DNA from: the human T2T-CHM13v2.0 reference genome, Homo sapiens | DNA: 64,000 nt | Strand: one strand, 5' to 3' | Assembly (NCBI RefSeq): GCF_009914755.1 | Contig: NC_060926.1 | Part shown: positions 40,763 to 60,014 of the stretch, piece after piece | Layout: each line of letters opens with the position of its first letter | How positions within the stretch are numbered: position 1 is the first letter of the stretch | Made by a program: the position numbers and the translations under genes | Notes under the pieces: generated by a model | Told to the model about the DNA's origin: nothing | The model's input: only the letters and a program-made list of their open reading frames with translations | Databases searched by the model: none

Positions 40763-43225
40763 GGCTATTTCACCATGGCTTTAGTAGCTCTACTTTTCCA
40801 ATTATCACAACCTGGGTTTTGATGTTCACAAATAGTGTATATTAGCACCTTTGCTTGTGAATGTTTGTGTTTGTAGGCTCCCTGAGTGCCTGCAGCTTTG
40901 TTAAAAGAAGGCTTTTACTTATGGACATTCATCAGAGATCAAAAACACATATTCCTCAACTGAAAATAAAATAAATTCCACAGATACGCTTTATCTGTAG
41001 ATGTCAAATCTCTTAATATAGCCCACAAGGCCTTCTACAATTTCATGTGTGCTTACATGTCTTCTTTCCCACATGAACCTTTGGCTTTTAGTCCAAGGAA
41101 GGCTAATTGGCTGTGACATATCTTCTCCATAGAATATTTTCCTTCCCCTTATTGTCAAGTAAAATTGTATCCAACCTTCAGGGTCCTGGAAAGGAGCTAC
41201 TTCTAGGAGCATCTCAGTCCAGGAGCGAGGGCAAGCCACACATGGAGAGTGGGCCAGGACTTTGATGAATTGCATTTGAAAAATAGACCTGGTGGGGCTT
41301 AGAGCCAAGACACAGAAAGACCAGCTTTATCTTAAAATAGTGTGAGAGTTAAACTAGGCACAAAAGAGTCAAAACGTCAAGACATCAGAGTAGAGGAAGA
41401 GGAGATGAAACCTTGGGGGGTGCTAGTGAAGTCCAACTGTAGTGCTACCAAGGAAAACTACCAAGAGGGGTATGGGGTGGTTTCGGGGTAGGTAAGCGCT
41501 TACTGAAGAAGGGTGGTAGAATAGAGATGACGGGATGCTACAGACAGGTCCCTGGCTTTTTATCTGGTCTGGATTTAACCCTGACCCACATTTTAAAACA
41601 GAATGATAGGCTACTGTAACCTTGGACACTTGCTAGAACATTTGGTCACCTCCTGGGTACCGTGAACTTCTAGGATAACACATCACCCACCAGATGCTCT
41701 TTTTAGATGTGTGTATGTGATACCTCTTTTGTTCTCTTTTAAGATTCTGTCTATATCATGGGATTTCTGCTATACTTATCTTGCTGTTCTTCCCACAGTC
41801 CGCCAACCCCACATTCACAAACACATACAGGCTCACAAGACAGTTGGTATTCAAAATATTTGTATTGAATTAATAAGCAAATCAATGAATAAGTACATCA
41901 CTTGTAATACAGAAATCTTAATGTGAAATCCAATCATAGGAATAAAAGTCAGCCTAAAACAAATCTAGCAGGGCCATATTAAATGGGCAACTGCTATTTG
42001 TTTCAAGCTTAGATAATCAATACTAAAAATTAACTTGTCAAACAGGTCATGTAGAAGTTTATGAACTTTTTTAATGAATGTAACAGGGTCCTCGGAAACC
42101 GTGGCTCATAACTTGTGAAATATAGATCAAGTGGCTACAGATAACTCAAGTTATTAGCCAGACACAATTGAGGAAGAGGTTTAGAATTTTAAGCTTTGAG
42201 GTCCATTCCAAGATGGCCGAATAGGAACAGCTCGGGTCTGCAGCTCTCAGTGTGATCGACGCAGAAGACCGGGGATTTCTGCATTTCCAACTGAGGTACC
42301 TGGTTCATCTCATTGGGACTGGTCAGACAGGGTGCACCCTACGGAGGGTGAGCTGAAGCAGAGTGGGGCACTTCTTCCCCTGGGAAGCAGGAGGGGTTGG
42401 GGGATTTCCCTTTCCTAGCCAAGGGAAGCCATGACAGACTGTACCAGGAAAATCGGGACACTGCCACCTAAATACTGCACTATTCCAAAGGGCTTAGCAA
42501 ACAGCACACCAGGAGATTATATCCCTTGCCTGGCTCAGTGGGTGCCAAACCCACAGAGCCTTGCTCACTGCTAGTCCAAGATTGAACTGCTGGGCGGCAA
42601 GCCTGGCTAGGGGAGGGGCGTCTGCCATTGCTGAGGCTTGAGTACATAAACAAAGTGGCCTGGAATCTCGAACTGGGTGGAACCAACTGCAGCTCAACCA
42701 GGCCTGCCTGCCTCTGTACACCCCACCTCTGGGGGCAGGGCATAGCTGAACAAAAGGCAGCAGAAACTTCTGCAGACTTAAACATCCTTGTCTGACAGCT
42801 CTGAAGAGAGCAGTGGGTCTCCCAGCATGTTTGAGCTCTGAGAATGGACAGACTGCCTCCTCAAGTGGGTCCCTGAGCCCTGTGTAGCTTAACTTGGAGA
42901 CATCTCCCACTAGGGGCCGACTGATACCTCATACAGCTGGGTGCCCCTCTAAGATGAAGTTTCCAGAGGAAGGATCAAGCAGCAATATATGCTGTTCTGC
43001 AATATTTGCTATTCTGCAGACTCTGCTAGTGATACCCAGGCACACAGGGTCAGGAGTGGACCTCCAGCAAACTCCAACAGACCTGTAGCTGAGGGACCTG
43101 ACTGTTAGAAGGAAAACCAACAAACAGAAAGGAATAGCATCCACATCAAAAAAAAGGACATCCACACCAAAACCCCATCTGTACGTCACCATCATCAAAG
43201 ACCAAAGGTAGATAAAACCACAAAG

Positions 43226-44251
43226 ATGGCGAGGAACCAGAGCAGAAAAGCTGAAAGTTCTAAAAACCAGAGCGCCCCTTCTCCTCCAAAGGAGCGCAGC
43301 TCCTCACCAGCAATGGAACAAAGCTAGATGAAGAATGACTTTGATGAGTTGACAGAAGTAGGCTTCAGAAAGTCGGTAATGATAAACTTCTCTGAGCTAA
43401 AGGAGGATGTTCAAACCCATCAAAAGGAAGCTAAAAACCTTGAAAAAAGATTAGACGAATGGCTAACTAGAATAAACAGTGTAGAGAAGACGTTAAATGA
43501 CCTTATGGAGCTGAAAACCGTGGCACGAGAACTACATGATGCATGCACAAGCTTCAGTAGCTGATTTGATCAAGTGGAAGGAAGGGTATAAGTGATTGAA
43601 GATCAAATGAATGAAATGAAGCGCGAAGAGAAGTTTAAAGTAAAAACAGTAAAAATAAATGAACAAACTCTCCAAGAAATATGAGACTACGTGAAAAGAC
43701 CAAATCTACGTTTGATTGGTGTACCTGAAAGTGACGGGGAGAATGGAACCAAGTTGGAAAACACTCTTCAGGATATTATCCAGGAGAACTTCCCCAACCT
43801 AGCAAGGCAGGCCAACATTCAAATTCAGGAAATACAGAGAACACCACAAAGATACTCCTCGAGAAGAGCAACCCCAAAACACATAATTATCAGATTCACC
43901 AAGGTTGAAATGAAGGAAAAAATGTTAAGGGCAGCCAGAGACAAAGGTCAGGTTACCCACAAAGGGAAGCCCATCAGACTAACAGGGGATCTCTCGGTAG
44001 AAACTCTACAAGCCAGAAGAGAGTGGGGGCCAATATTCAACATTCTTAAAGAAAAGAATTTTCAACCCAGAATTTCATATCCAGCCAAACTAAGCTTCCT
44101 AAGTGAAGGAGAAATAAAATCCTTTACAGACAAGCAAATGCTGAGAGATTTTGTCACCACCAGGCCTGCCTTACGAGAACTCCTGAAGGAAGCACTAAAC
44201 GTGGAAAGTAACAACCAGTACCAGCCACTGCAAAAACATGCCAAATTGTAA
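43226..44251 (+). pseudogene. L1 ORF1p, disrupted
   Basis: ATG at 43226, ending QKHAKL*. In-frame stops at 43325, 43562 and 43682. RPNLRLIGVPE, REWG and YPAKLS motifs present. Confidence 0.93.
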
Positions 44252-44314
44252 AGACCATCGATGCTACAAAGAAACTGCATCAACTAATGAGCAAAATAAC
44301 CAGCTAACTTCATA

Positions 44315-48145
<3,831 letters not shown>

Positions 48146-49149
48146 ACAATGAGAATACTTGGACACAGGGTGGGGAACATCACACACTGGAGCCTGTCAT
48201 GGGGTGGGGGGATGAGGATGGGATAGCATTGGGAGAAATACCTAATGTAAATAATGAGTTAATGGCTGCAGCAAACCAACATGGCTTATGTATACATATG
48301 TAACAAACCTGCAAGTTGTATGCATGTACCCTAGAACTTAAAGTATAATAATAAAAAAAAAAAGAATTTTAAGCCTCAGTTTTCTCTCCTCTGAAATGGA
48401 GGTAATGCCTTGCTTTACATGTGTATTCAGACTTTTGGGAAGGATCAAATAAGAGAATATCTGTGGACAAAATATTTTTTATTACAGTTGATATCACAAA
48501 TGGTTTCTCCTTCCATCCCCTTCTATGTGTTACATCTACTTCTGCTATTTTTTCTCTTCAAAAGATGCTATTGACATACAATCGTAAAAAAAAAAATAGA
48601 AGAAAAACTAGTCCACTGATATTCCTTCCTTGCAAATCTTGCAAAGATCTAAGAAAGGCAAATAAAAGATAAACGTTTTTGATATTGTTATAAAAAATAT
48701 TTTGAGAGGACTTATGTAATTAAAGTAAAATATAGACATTTTAGTAGATTCACTCTTGTAATATAGTACTAAAATATAGCATTTCTATAACTATGTTTTC
48801 TCTTTCTGTTATTTCCTTTGCTATAATCTTTATTATACTATTTCCCTTACAAAAACCCTTTAAATTATTTCTTTAGTCAACATTAACAGAAATACTTTTA
48901 AGGAATATAGTACAAGGATGTTTGTTTTCCGTATTTACTTCCAAAGTGATGATATTACATCTTCAAGGTTAATATGTACTCGTTTCAGACTTCATTCACC
49001 TGGGTAGATAAATAAAATTTAAAAATGAATGGTTGCTTTTTTTTTTGTTTTGGCTTGAAATCTTTCCCTGGCATCCATGATGCATCAAGTAGCTAAAATA
49101 TTTGCTACTGTGTTATACCAATGCAGTAGCTAACTACCATATTCCTTAG

Positions 49150-49290
49150 GCAGGCTGTGCAGTAGAACACCGTACAGATTAGCAAGAGATCTGGATTCCA
49201 GACACATTTCTCATTTCAATTACTTGCCTTAGCATGGGCAAGTCACCCTAAATTTCTGAACCTTAGTTTCTTTGTATATAAAAGGAGAGA
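49150..49290 (+). mobile_element. MIR
   Basis: agatctggattccag...tgggcaagtcaccctaaatttctgaaccttagtttctttgtatataaaagg. Confidence 0.65.
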
Positions 49291-49556
49291 GAGGGCAGAA
49301 ATCAGAGTCACAGGCATGAAGCAGGTTACACAGATAGGTTTTTAGGGTAGGAGTAATGCAATTGACAGTGATGGCACTTGTGTGAAATTACAGCTGTCAC
49401 CCCTATGCAATATACGTTTTGGAAGTATTTTTAATTCTATGAACACAAAACAAAGCAAGTCTGCAGGCTAATTCAAAAGGTCACCAGTTTTTAACCCTTG
49501 GAATGAGTCATCTCTGAGTTCCCTTCCAGCTTTAAAATTCTGTAATCTTTCTAACC

Positions 49557-49950
49557 TATATTAGTCTGCTTCAGAGGGCATAACAAAACACCACAGACTG
49601 AGTGGCAAAAACAACAGAAATTTATTTTCTCACAGTTCTGGAGGCTGGAAGTCTGAGGTCAGTGTGCCAGCATGGTTGGGTTCTGGTGAAGAACCTCTTC
49701 CTGGCTTGCAGATGGACACCTTCTTGATATGTGGCCTTTCCTCAGTGTGTGCGTTCAGAAAGAGTGAGCATGAGAGAATAAGAGATCTTCATCATTTTAT
49801 AAGGCTACCAATTCCATCATGACGTTCCCACCCTCATGACCTAATCTAACCTTATTTATCACCCAAAGGCCTCTTCTCCAAATACCGTCACTTGGGGTTT
49901 AGGGATACAACTAATGGATTTGGGGAGACACAGATATTCAGTCTATTACA
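49557..49950 (-). mobile_element. Solo MLT1A/B-like LTR
   Basis: ataacaaaacaccacagactgagtgg...ctcacagttctggaggctggaagtc...attcagtctattaca. Perfect TSD taacc at 49552-49556 and 49951-49955. Confidence 0.9.
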
Positions 49951-52425
49951 TAACCTATTCAGTCTGTCTTTCTGAAAATGTCAGAAAGCATGAGTTTTGT
50001 AGTTCAAGACTCTAAAGGACTCAGGGCCACTTTTCTTGATGGAGTTTGTTGAGAAAGAATAAAAGCCTTCCTGTATCTGAAGATTATGCAAAGAATGTGG
50101 GCCCACTTTGTTTTCTGTCCCTGTAATTGAAAGAAAAAGGAACTACCTTCAGAAATTAAAGAGGGATGGACTTTGGGTATATGAAAGAAAAATCATTGTA
50201 AATTAACCCAAATCTCTAGATTTACAAAAAAAAAATTTATAGAATTTTACTCTGAAATTTCCTATCAAAATGGTAATCTATATTTTTCTCCTTTTTCCTT
50301 TTCTCTCTTTTTTCACTTAAAAATTTTTTAAAAAGTGTTAATCATTATCTTAGGCATTTTTTTCAAGTCTTTTGGTTTCTCCTAGCCCTGTGAAAATTAT
50401 ATTATGAGTAAGGAGGGTAGTAGTTAAATTAATTCTGGCTTTCTCAGCTAGCTTACATTTAATTGTTTGTAAAGATCATGTATCAATGCAGTTTACTTCA
50501 ACAGAAGCTCATCTTTTCAGTGATACTATATTCCAGTATCTGGGTAATTTTAGACATATTTTTATTATGCTAATTTAGAAAATCAGAATTGAAGATTATA
50601 CAACCAAGAGAATTTTACTTGTTAAAAAACAGATGTGATCTAATTTCCACAATTTGGAAAATAACTTGAAAAGGAAACTAATTTACATCTCAACCTATGA
50701 GGTAAAAGACTGTGTTGAATTTTAGCCTTATCCTGATTCTTTAATTCTCAGTTGCCCCCTACTCATAAAATGTGTTCATTATGTTATTTGCATTTGCAAT
50801 CATGACCACAAAGATTACCATCATCTAATTTTCAGAATTTTCAATCATATTTAAGGGAGATAGTTATAGAACTCTGCTTGGAATTTCTTGGACTTGGTCT
50901 CATTTACTTGGTTCAACTTTTCTAAGTAGTCAGAGTACTAGGAGAATTGAATGTTAGTAGTAACTAAAATGTGTTAAAGCAAAAAATAATTTTATCACTT
51001 TCACACCCAAGCCACTTACTTTTTTGAAGTTGTTTTGATTTGAATTTGCCATTGCCCCTTGCTGATTTGTTGTTTTTGTTGTTGTTGTTTGGAGGGGGGG
51101 CGGGGGGGACCATATATATATATATATATTTTTGACAACTTTAGACACTATTTGGCATTGCATCCCTTTTCCTCACAAGGTTACAGTTTTGGAAGGAAGC
51201 AGATGCCTCACAGTCGCTAATGAGTTTATCTTGGCTGAGAATAAAATGAGATTATTTTGGCTTGAGTTTGTTAATTGCTGTCAGCAGTCTTTCAAATTGA
51301 TTTCTGGCATTATTTGCTTTAGCAGGCAGCAGCTCTGAGGAGTAGAGATGCCCTCAATGCCAGAATTCATGTCTACTGCTTTGAATTTGCACTGGACTGT
51401 TTCTTTGTGACTTATGAAATCAAAGGGATACAGAAATTAATGCTACTCTCCTAGAAATGGAGAAAGAAGAACATGGAAATTAAATCCAAGATTATATTTG
51501 GGGGTTGAGTGTGCTAAAAGAGGCTAAAGAGTTCCAGCTAAGGGAAGTGAACTAAGAGCTGCAAAGCAAACCATTGCCTTTGCCTTTCCACGCAACTCAG
51601 TAACGATTACTCTCTTTTGTAGGCCCTGGTGTTTCCAGCTAGCTCATCTCTCATTACAAGCAAATAACCATTGTATTTCATCCTCATCATTTTGACCTCT
51701 GCTATCAACAGAGTTTTCTCTGTGTCCTGTTCTAATTTCTCCTTCTGGAGGTTAAAAATAAATTACATTGCCCACCCTTCCCAACCAAGGACCCACTTAA
51801 GGTGTCAAAAGCCAAGGACTGGGTATCTTTCTTGTATTTTTACTTTGCAATGCTTAATAGAGCTTCTGGCACATAGTAAGCCATTAAAACATGAAATAAA
51901 TGAATTTGAATAGCTGTCTCTGTTATTTTCACAAAATTGGAAGAAAAAAATCTGCCACTTTTTGTTGTGTCATTTTTGTTGAGAAAGATAAATAATAGGT
52001 GGACTATCTGGAGGAAAGAAATACAAACGTATGCTCCTTTATATTTTATTGACAAAAGTAGGAAAATTGGACAGGCTTTGCCTATAAAGAACGCATATAT
52101 GATATAGAATCCTGTATGTCATGTATTTGATCTGGTATGCTATTTCGTATACTTGTGAAAGTATTTTAAAGATGTTAGATTTAATCTGTTTTATTCACTC
52201 ATTCATTCATTTTAATTTTGGTTTTTATTTTTATCAAATGTATACATGCCCATAATTTGAAAGATATTTCTATGATGTATGACTCCATTTGTTCTCCCCA
52301 GCATCAACTACTATCAATTATTTCAGCTGATTATGTTGTTGTTTTAAACTCAATCTCTAAAGAGTGTTTGTTTTGTGATATTTATATTTCAGATTTAACC
52401 ATTATCTTTTGCTTCCCCACTCTGA

Positions 52426-52730
<305 letters not shown>

Positions 52731-54282
52731 CTTAATAATAAGGATTTAAAACTCTTGTCTCATACTCCCCTCATTATGCATGTACACTTCCCATCTTCTC
52801 CAAAAGTTATATAATTTCATTAATTAATATATTCAGTGTTTATATTAGTATAGCTATATACACGTTTTTGAAAGGCTTACCATGGGTAAATAAACTATGA
52901 TAATCTTTTTTTTTCATGCAGCATTTTACTTTTCCTGGAATTATTTTCTATATACTTTTTTGCTTTTAAAAAATCTTATTAAGAACAAACAAAATTTTTT
53001 ACTAATTGAGTAAATGTCTTCTCAAGATTATCGGATCCATCAGTGACATATTTCTGTAAAACTGTTGTGGAGCTTTCTGACCTATTTTATCTGGACTCAA
53101 CCTTGATATTTAGTGCAGATCTGCCATCCTGGGATCTCCCTTAAACATTATTCTGTCTTCTTACTCTCTCCCCTACTCTTCCTTGGTCTTCTCTCTTAGA
53201 GAAGTGCATCTTGCTCTTCTGCAGGTTTCTGAGAAAGGATGTGGAGGTAAAATTTTTCTAATCACGAATATCTGAAAAGATTTTTATTCCGTTCTCACAC
53301 TTGAATAATATGGTGAGGTATAAAATTCTAAGTCGGACACAGTTTTCCTTCAGCATCTTGCAGATATTTTCCTTCTAAATTTCAATGGAGACAAGGAATC
53401 AAAAGCTGTGAGATCTTTGTCCTCATTGTTTTGAAATTTTATGAAGATGTATCCTTATATGGATGTATTTTAATTAAATTGATTGGACATTCAGTTATCT
53501 CTTTTAATTTGGAAAAATATATTCTTGAAATTAGTTTGAATAATTTTTTAATGATTTCCTCCCTGGCATATTTTTGTTCTCTAGTTCTAGAACTGCTATA
53601 ATCTAAATGTTAAACTTCCTAGATATATTTTTCTAATTTTTTTCTCCTAGATTTCATCTATGTGTTCTTTTACTCTATGTCTGAAAGATTTCTTTGACTT
53701 AATCTTACATTCTATTGAATTGTTTTTTTAATTCTTATTTTGCTTTGATTTCTGAAAGATCTTTACTTGCTAAATATTCTTTTCTCATAGTAAGCACTAC
53801 TGGTTTCATGGTAGAAATCTTTCTGTTTTTCTTCAGTTTAATAGTTTTAGTGATAGTCTTTTCATTCGCAAAGTTTTCTTCCCCTTATCATGTTTTAATT
53901 TGTTTCAACTTGTATTTATGACAGACATTGTCCTCAGGTATCTGGTAATCCTTCGGTTTCTGTTTCTTTTTAAGATTGAAGTAAAAAAGTTGAATTGTAT
54001 GAGTTTTTCTGCTCATATTAGCTTAAGAGTGAAGTGGTCTGGCTGGACTGTTCAGTTGAAAAGCTCCTCATGTCAACATAGGTGACCCTTTCCTCTTGTA
54101 CTGAATGGACGTCCAAGAGAAGAATTTTTCAGTGGTGGCCTAGAGGGGGAAGACCTGATTGTCAGTCTTCTGGAAGCTGAGTTAGGGAAGATGGCAAGGA
54201 GTTTCAGCATTCAGCATGAATGTGGTTAGGTAATCCCCTCAGCTATGCCTTTGGCCCACAGGCCAGAGAGAGTCTGATAATA

Positions 54283-54316
<34 letters not shown>

Positions 54317-54321
<5 letters not shown>

Positions 54322-54648
54322 TTAAAGAGGTTTATTCTGAGCCAAATGTTAGCAACCATGGCCCATGACACAGCCTCAGGAGGTCCTGAGAACGGGTGCC
54401 CGAGGTGGTTGAGTTACAACTTGGTTTTATACATTTTAGGGAGACAAAAGTTACAGGCAAAGGTATAAATCAATACATATAAGGTATACATTGCTTTAGC
54501 TCAGAATGTCAGGACATTTCAAAGTAGGGGCTTCCAAGTCAAAGATTTCCTGATTGGGAATTGATTGAAGGCATTAAGCTTTGTCTGGAGAATTGAAGTC
54601 AATATAAAGAAATGCTTGAGTTAAGGGGAGTTGTAGAAGCCAGGGTTC
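54317..54648 (-). mobile_element. MER4-family LTR fragment carried as an L1 3' transduction
   Basis: gaggtttattctgagccaaat...ccatggcccatgacacagcctcaggaggtcctgagaac...cttggttttatacattttagggagaca. Neither LTR terminus is present, and it is bounded by two T-rich tails. Confidence 0.85.
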
Positions 54649-56064
<1,416 letters not shown>

Positions 56065-59000
56065 CTAGTCTTTTGCAAAGATAAAGGGAAGGTCATACAT
56101 AGCTCTGTGGCATGAGGGGAGGGAGGGAGGGAGAGAGAGAGAGCTGGGAATCTGGCTGCTTTGTAAACACACAATGGGATATTTCTGATTTTTTAAAGCA
56201 CATCCTTTCTTTCCATTTAACTCCACTTTTATTCTGTGATGTAAATCAGATTACTTCTTGACTTTCTCTATTCTGCCTTAAAATTTACTATTTTCTTTGG
56301 TCTTTTTAATCCTTTACCTCTTGTTCATTGATTTACAGCTTCCAAAATCATGACACTATTTTATTCTTTCCCATTCTCTTTGTCCTTAATGTGTTTAGCA
56401 CTCACTTATAAAGTTTTAGTGCAGTTATAGAAGGACGTGAAAGTATATTCGAGTTTCCACTGTGCCATCTTTATCGGTAAGTCCAATTAATTTATATTTG
56501 TTGTGGAAAATGCCTTCTAAGTGATGTATGAATTTTTTTAACCTAAATTGTAGAATGTTTTCCATTGTGTATTAGCATGCTGTGTGTACTTAACATGTCA
56601 CTAAGTGAAATAAAAACAAAATAATTATGCATAAGTGCTTGCTTTAGTACCAGCTGGCTATGCTAATCTTGCAAGTTCTCAATAGAACCACAGATTACAA
56701 CAATACACATAAGAGTGCACTCTACATGCTTGTGCCCATAATGTGTTCATGGAGTATTAGGGCTGGAAGGGACCCAGATCATCCAGGTCCAGCTCATTCA
56801 TTTTGCATATCAATACACTTGAGTTTCCATGAGCCTAGCGAGTGGGTCATGCAGCTATCACAGGTAAAGACAGAGCCAGATTGACCATTCTGACCAGCCA
56901 TGTTGCCTCCTCAGGTTGTGCTTGGATCGTGGACATTGTCATGGAACTCTTTGGTTGAGACACAAGTTCCACTTGGGTGCTATGAAGACTTGAAGCAAAT
57001 GTGTAGCATAACATTTTATCAGATCTCATTACAGGTCCAATTAGCCTTGGTAATTTGAATCATCCGGGTGGCCAGTACTACCTCAAAGTAGTCAAATGTG
57101 CAAATTTAATATTGTTAGTCACATTAAGGTTAATTACTTTGCAGAGTTTAGAGGTAAAAATAAGTCAAGTTCCTGACTTAAAGAAGTTATAACTCGTGAG
57201 ACATTGGAAGGCAGTTTTATACTTAGCTAATTTTAACAGGTTAAAAAAAACACTGTACACAAAAAACCGGAGGTCATTTGGTATTGAAATATACATCACT
57301 TTAAGCAAATTCAGCTTCACATAAGCACAACATTGGTTGTTTACATTGAAAAATGAATCTTAGAGGTTAAATACCATTATTCTGGATGGAAAGCCTTTCA
57401 ATAGCAGGCTTCCCTATTGCATTAAAATAAATTCATTTCCTTCATGTTTCTCGCATGCAACTTTTCAGGAATCCATCTACATATTATATGAAATGAGCTG
57501 TTCTTCATTAAAAAGTCTTGTGCAAGACATGAAGGTGTATGACTAATGAATATATATAGTATATAAGGACTACAAAATGATCCTCTGAATCCACCATTAC
57601 TCAGACTTCTATAATAGAATTTTATCAAGTTTGAGATTCTAGAACGGAATTAAGGTGTGACAAATTTGTTTTTTATAAAGAATGTAGCAAATGCGTGGTC
57701 TCCAGAGAAACCAAAGAAGATATGGAGATGAATAAACATAATTCCAGCAGCACCTTGAGAGAGTCTATGGAGGAGGAGAGCAAACAAAATGAAAATAAAT
57801 GCCTTCTTGACATGGCATCAGCTTTGTACATAACAGACGATATATTAAAATAATGGTGATTATGTTCTCATGCAAAGCATGACTACTCATACTGATCTAC
57901 AAAAAGGAAATCCTTTGTAGAAAAAGGAAAGTTCCTTAGAAGATGTTTTAAATAGCCAGATCCACAAGAAAATGTAGAATATACTTTGGCAAGTTGGGAA
58001 AATAAATGTGGATATTGTGCTAATTTATCGTTTCTCTATAGCAATGAGATAATTAATATCTTGAATCTTTGCAGTTGTTTTTCATGGGAGAATAGCAAAT
58101 TACTTCTAAATTCGGGTTTTACATTCCATTTGTTACTTAGTTACTGTTTCTAGAATGATTATATGACACAAAGTTTAGCTTCCTAATAAATGATGCTGCA
58201 TTCATTATCTCGATAGCCTATTTCATGGCAGATGTAGTTAGAACCTCAGTCATACACAGGCTTTTTAAGAATATTACTTCTCATACTTCAAGAATAAGTA
58301 CATTTTTAAAAATCTATAATTACCTGATGCAGTGATTTGGCCCAACTCTTCCCTGTGCCTTTAGGTGAAGTGCAGCAGGTGACTAAAGCACCATCCATCT
58401 GTCAAATCCAGAGCAACTGTTAAAAATTACACAGCCCATTTTTTTCTTCTGATTTGGAAGTTAGTTGCACAACAGCTGTTTGAAGAGATACAGGTGAAAC
58501 TTATGTAAATACTGCCATATTCCTTCAAAAGTGGAATAAATCATACACATGCAGTGTGTGAATTAGCATATTTATTCTTTCTACCTGCCAAATATGCATT
58601 TCTCTTGTACATGTACATAAAATAGGGGTTTAAGGAGCATAAAGCTTCTAGCATATTGCGTAGTTATAGGCAATAGTCTGTAGAATGAAGTATGTCTAAA
58701 TTTTTTTCCCAAATACATAAAATAAATGCCAGAAACTTTCATACAATTTGAATTGAAGACTTCATTCAGCATAAAACACAGAATTCTGATGCAGGAGATA
58801 TTTCTGAAGGATTTTAGTCTGATGTCTTTTTAGTGGCAGTGAGAAAAATGACTTGGAAATATCAGAAAGCATCTCATCGTTAGCTTTCATCTCTAATGAA
58901 GCCATGATGTAGAAAGAAGGAAGGAAAAAGAACACTCATTTAAAAGGGGAGTTAGATGATTTCTTACCTAACAGATTTTTATAACATGGTAAGAAATTAA

Positions 59001-59561
59001 CTTTAATCACCATTCAATGCTTACATATTCTGTATACACTAAAATGCAATTGATTCATAGATATTTATATATTTAGTGCATTTTTTCCGTATGTGGTGGA
59101 AATTGGGTATTCTGTGTAGATTATGAGCCCTCTTAGGGAAAAAATTCTGTTTATATTACTGTTATGTTTCATCAACTGACTGTATCCTCCAGATAGTGTT
59201 CTGCAGAATTCTAATTTGGTAAATATGACATTGCAGAAAGTCTAGGTGAATGTCTATTTTGTCCTTAATGGAGGATAAAATTTAAAAACAAAATTTTGAA
59301 GGTCATAAGCATGTGAAAAGAACTGCATTAATGACAAAATATTAATTCCTTATTTGTGGGTATACTTTTATTTAAAAAAGTTAATATAAATGGTTTAGAG
59401 CATAACTTTTGGGAAAATCATTTTTTTTCTGACTAGTAAATGCTTATGATTCCTAAGATTTCTGGAAAGCTGCATCTAATTGACATTGTTTTGTGACGTG
59501 ATGTCTGAGCTCAGTTTAAAAAAATTACATCATTTAAGATTCAGAATATTTAAATTATGAA

Positions 59562-60014
59562 TTTTTTTTGCAGCAGCTTTGTTGAGATAAAATTCACTTT
59601 TTTTTTTTTGAGCTGGAGCCTCCTTCTGTTACCCAGGCTGGAGTATAGTGGTGCGATCCTGATTCACGGCAACCTCTGCCTCCCAGGTTCAAGCAATTCT
59701 CCTATCTCAGCCTCCTGAGTAGCTGCGATTACAGGCATGAACCACCATGCCTGGCTAATTTTTGTGTCTTTAGTAGAGACAGGGTTTCACCATGTTGGCC
59801 AGGCTGGTCTCAAACTCCTGACCTCGTGATCCACCCGCCTCAGCCTCCCGAAGTGCTGAAATTACAGGCATAAGCTACCGCGCCTGGACAAAATTCACCC
59901 TTTAAAGTGTACTATTTGATGACTTTTAGTGTATCCACAGAGTTGTACGACCATCACATTAATTTCACATTTTCATCACTTCCAAGAGAAACACCTTAGC
60001 AGTCATTCCCCATT
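59562..60014 (-). mobile_element. L1MB-like 3' end fragment interrupted by an Alu
   Basis: cagctttgttgagataaaattcac[Alu]cctttaaagtgtac...ttttagtgtatccacagagttgt...ttttcatcac. Confidence 0.65.
59598..59889 (-). mobile_element. Full-length AluS (Sg-like)
   Basis: Both arms, with aactcctgacctcgtgatcc. TSD aaaattcac at 59589-59597 and 59890-59898. Confidence 0.95.

Noticed and set aside
57895-57921. Small imperfect hairpin tctacaaa...tttgtaga
   Set aside because: Short, AT-rich and expected by chance. It has no miRNA or terminator context.
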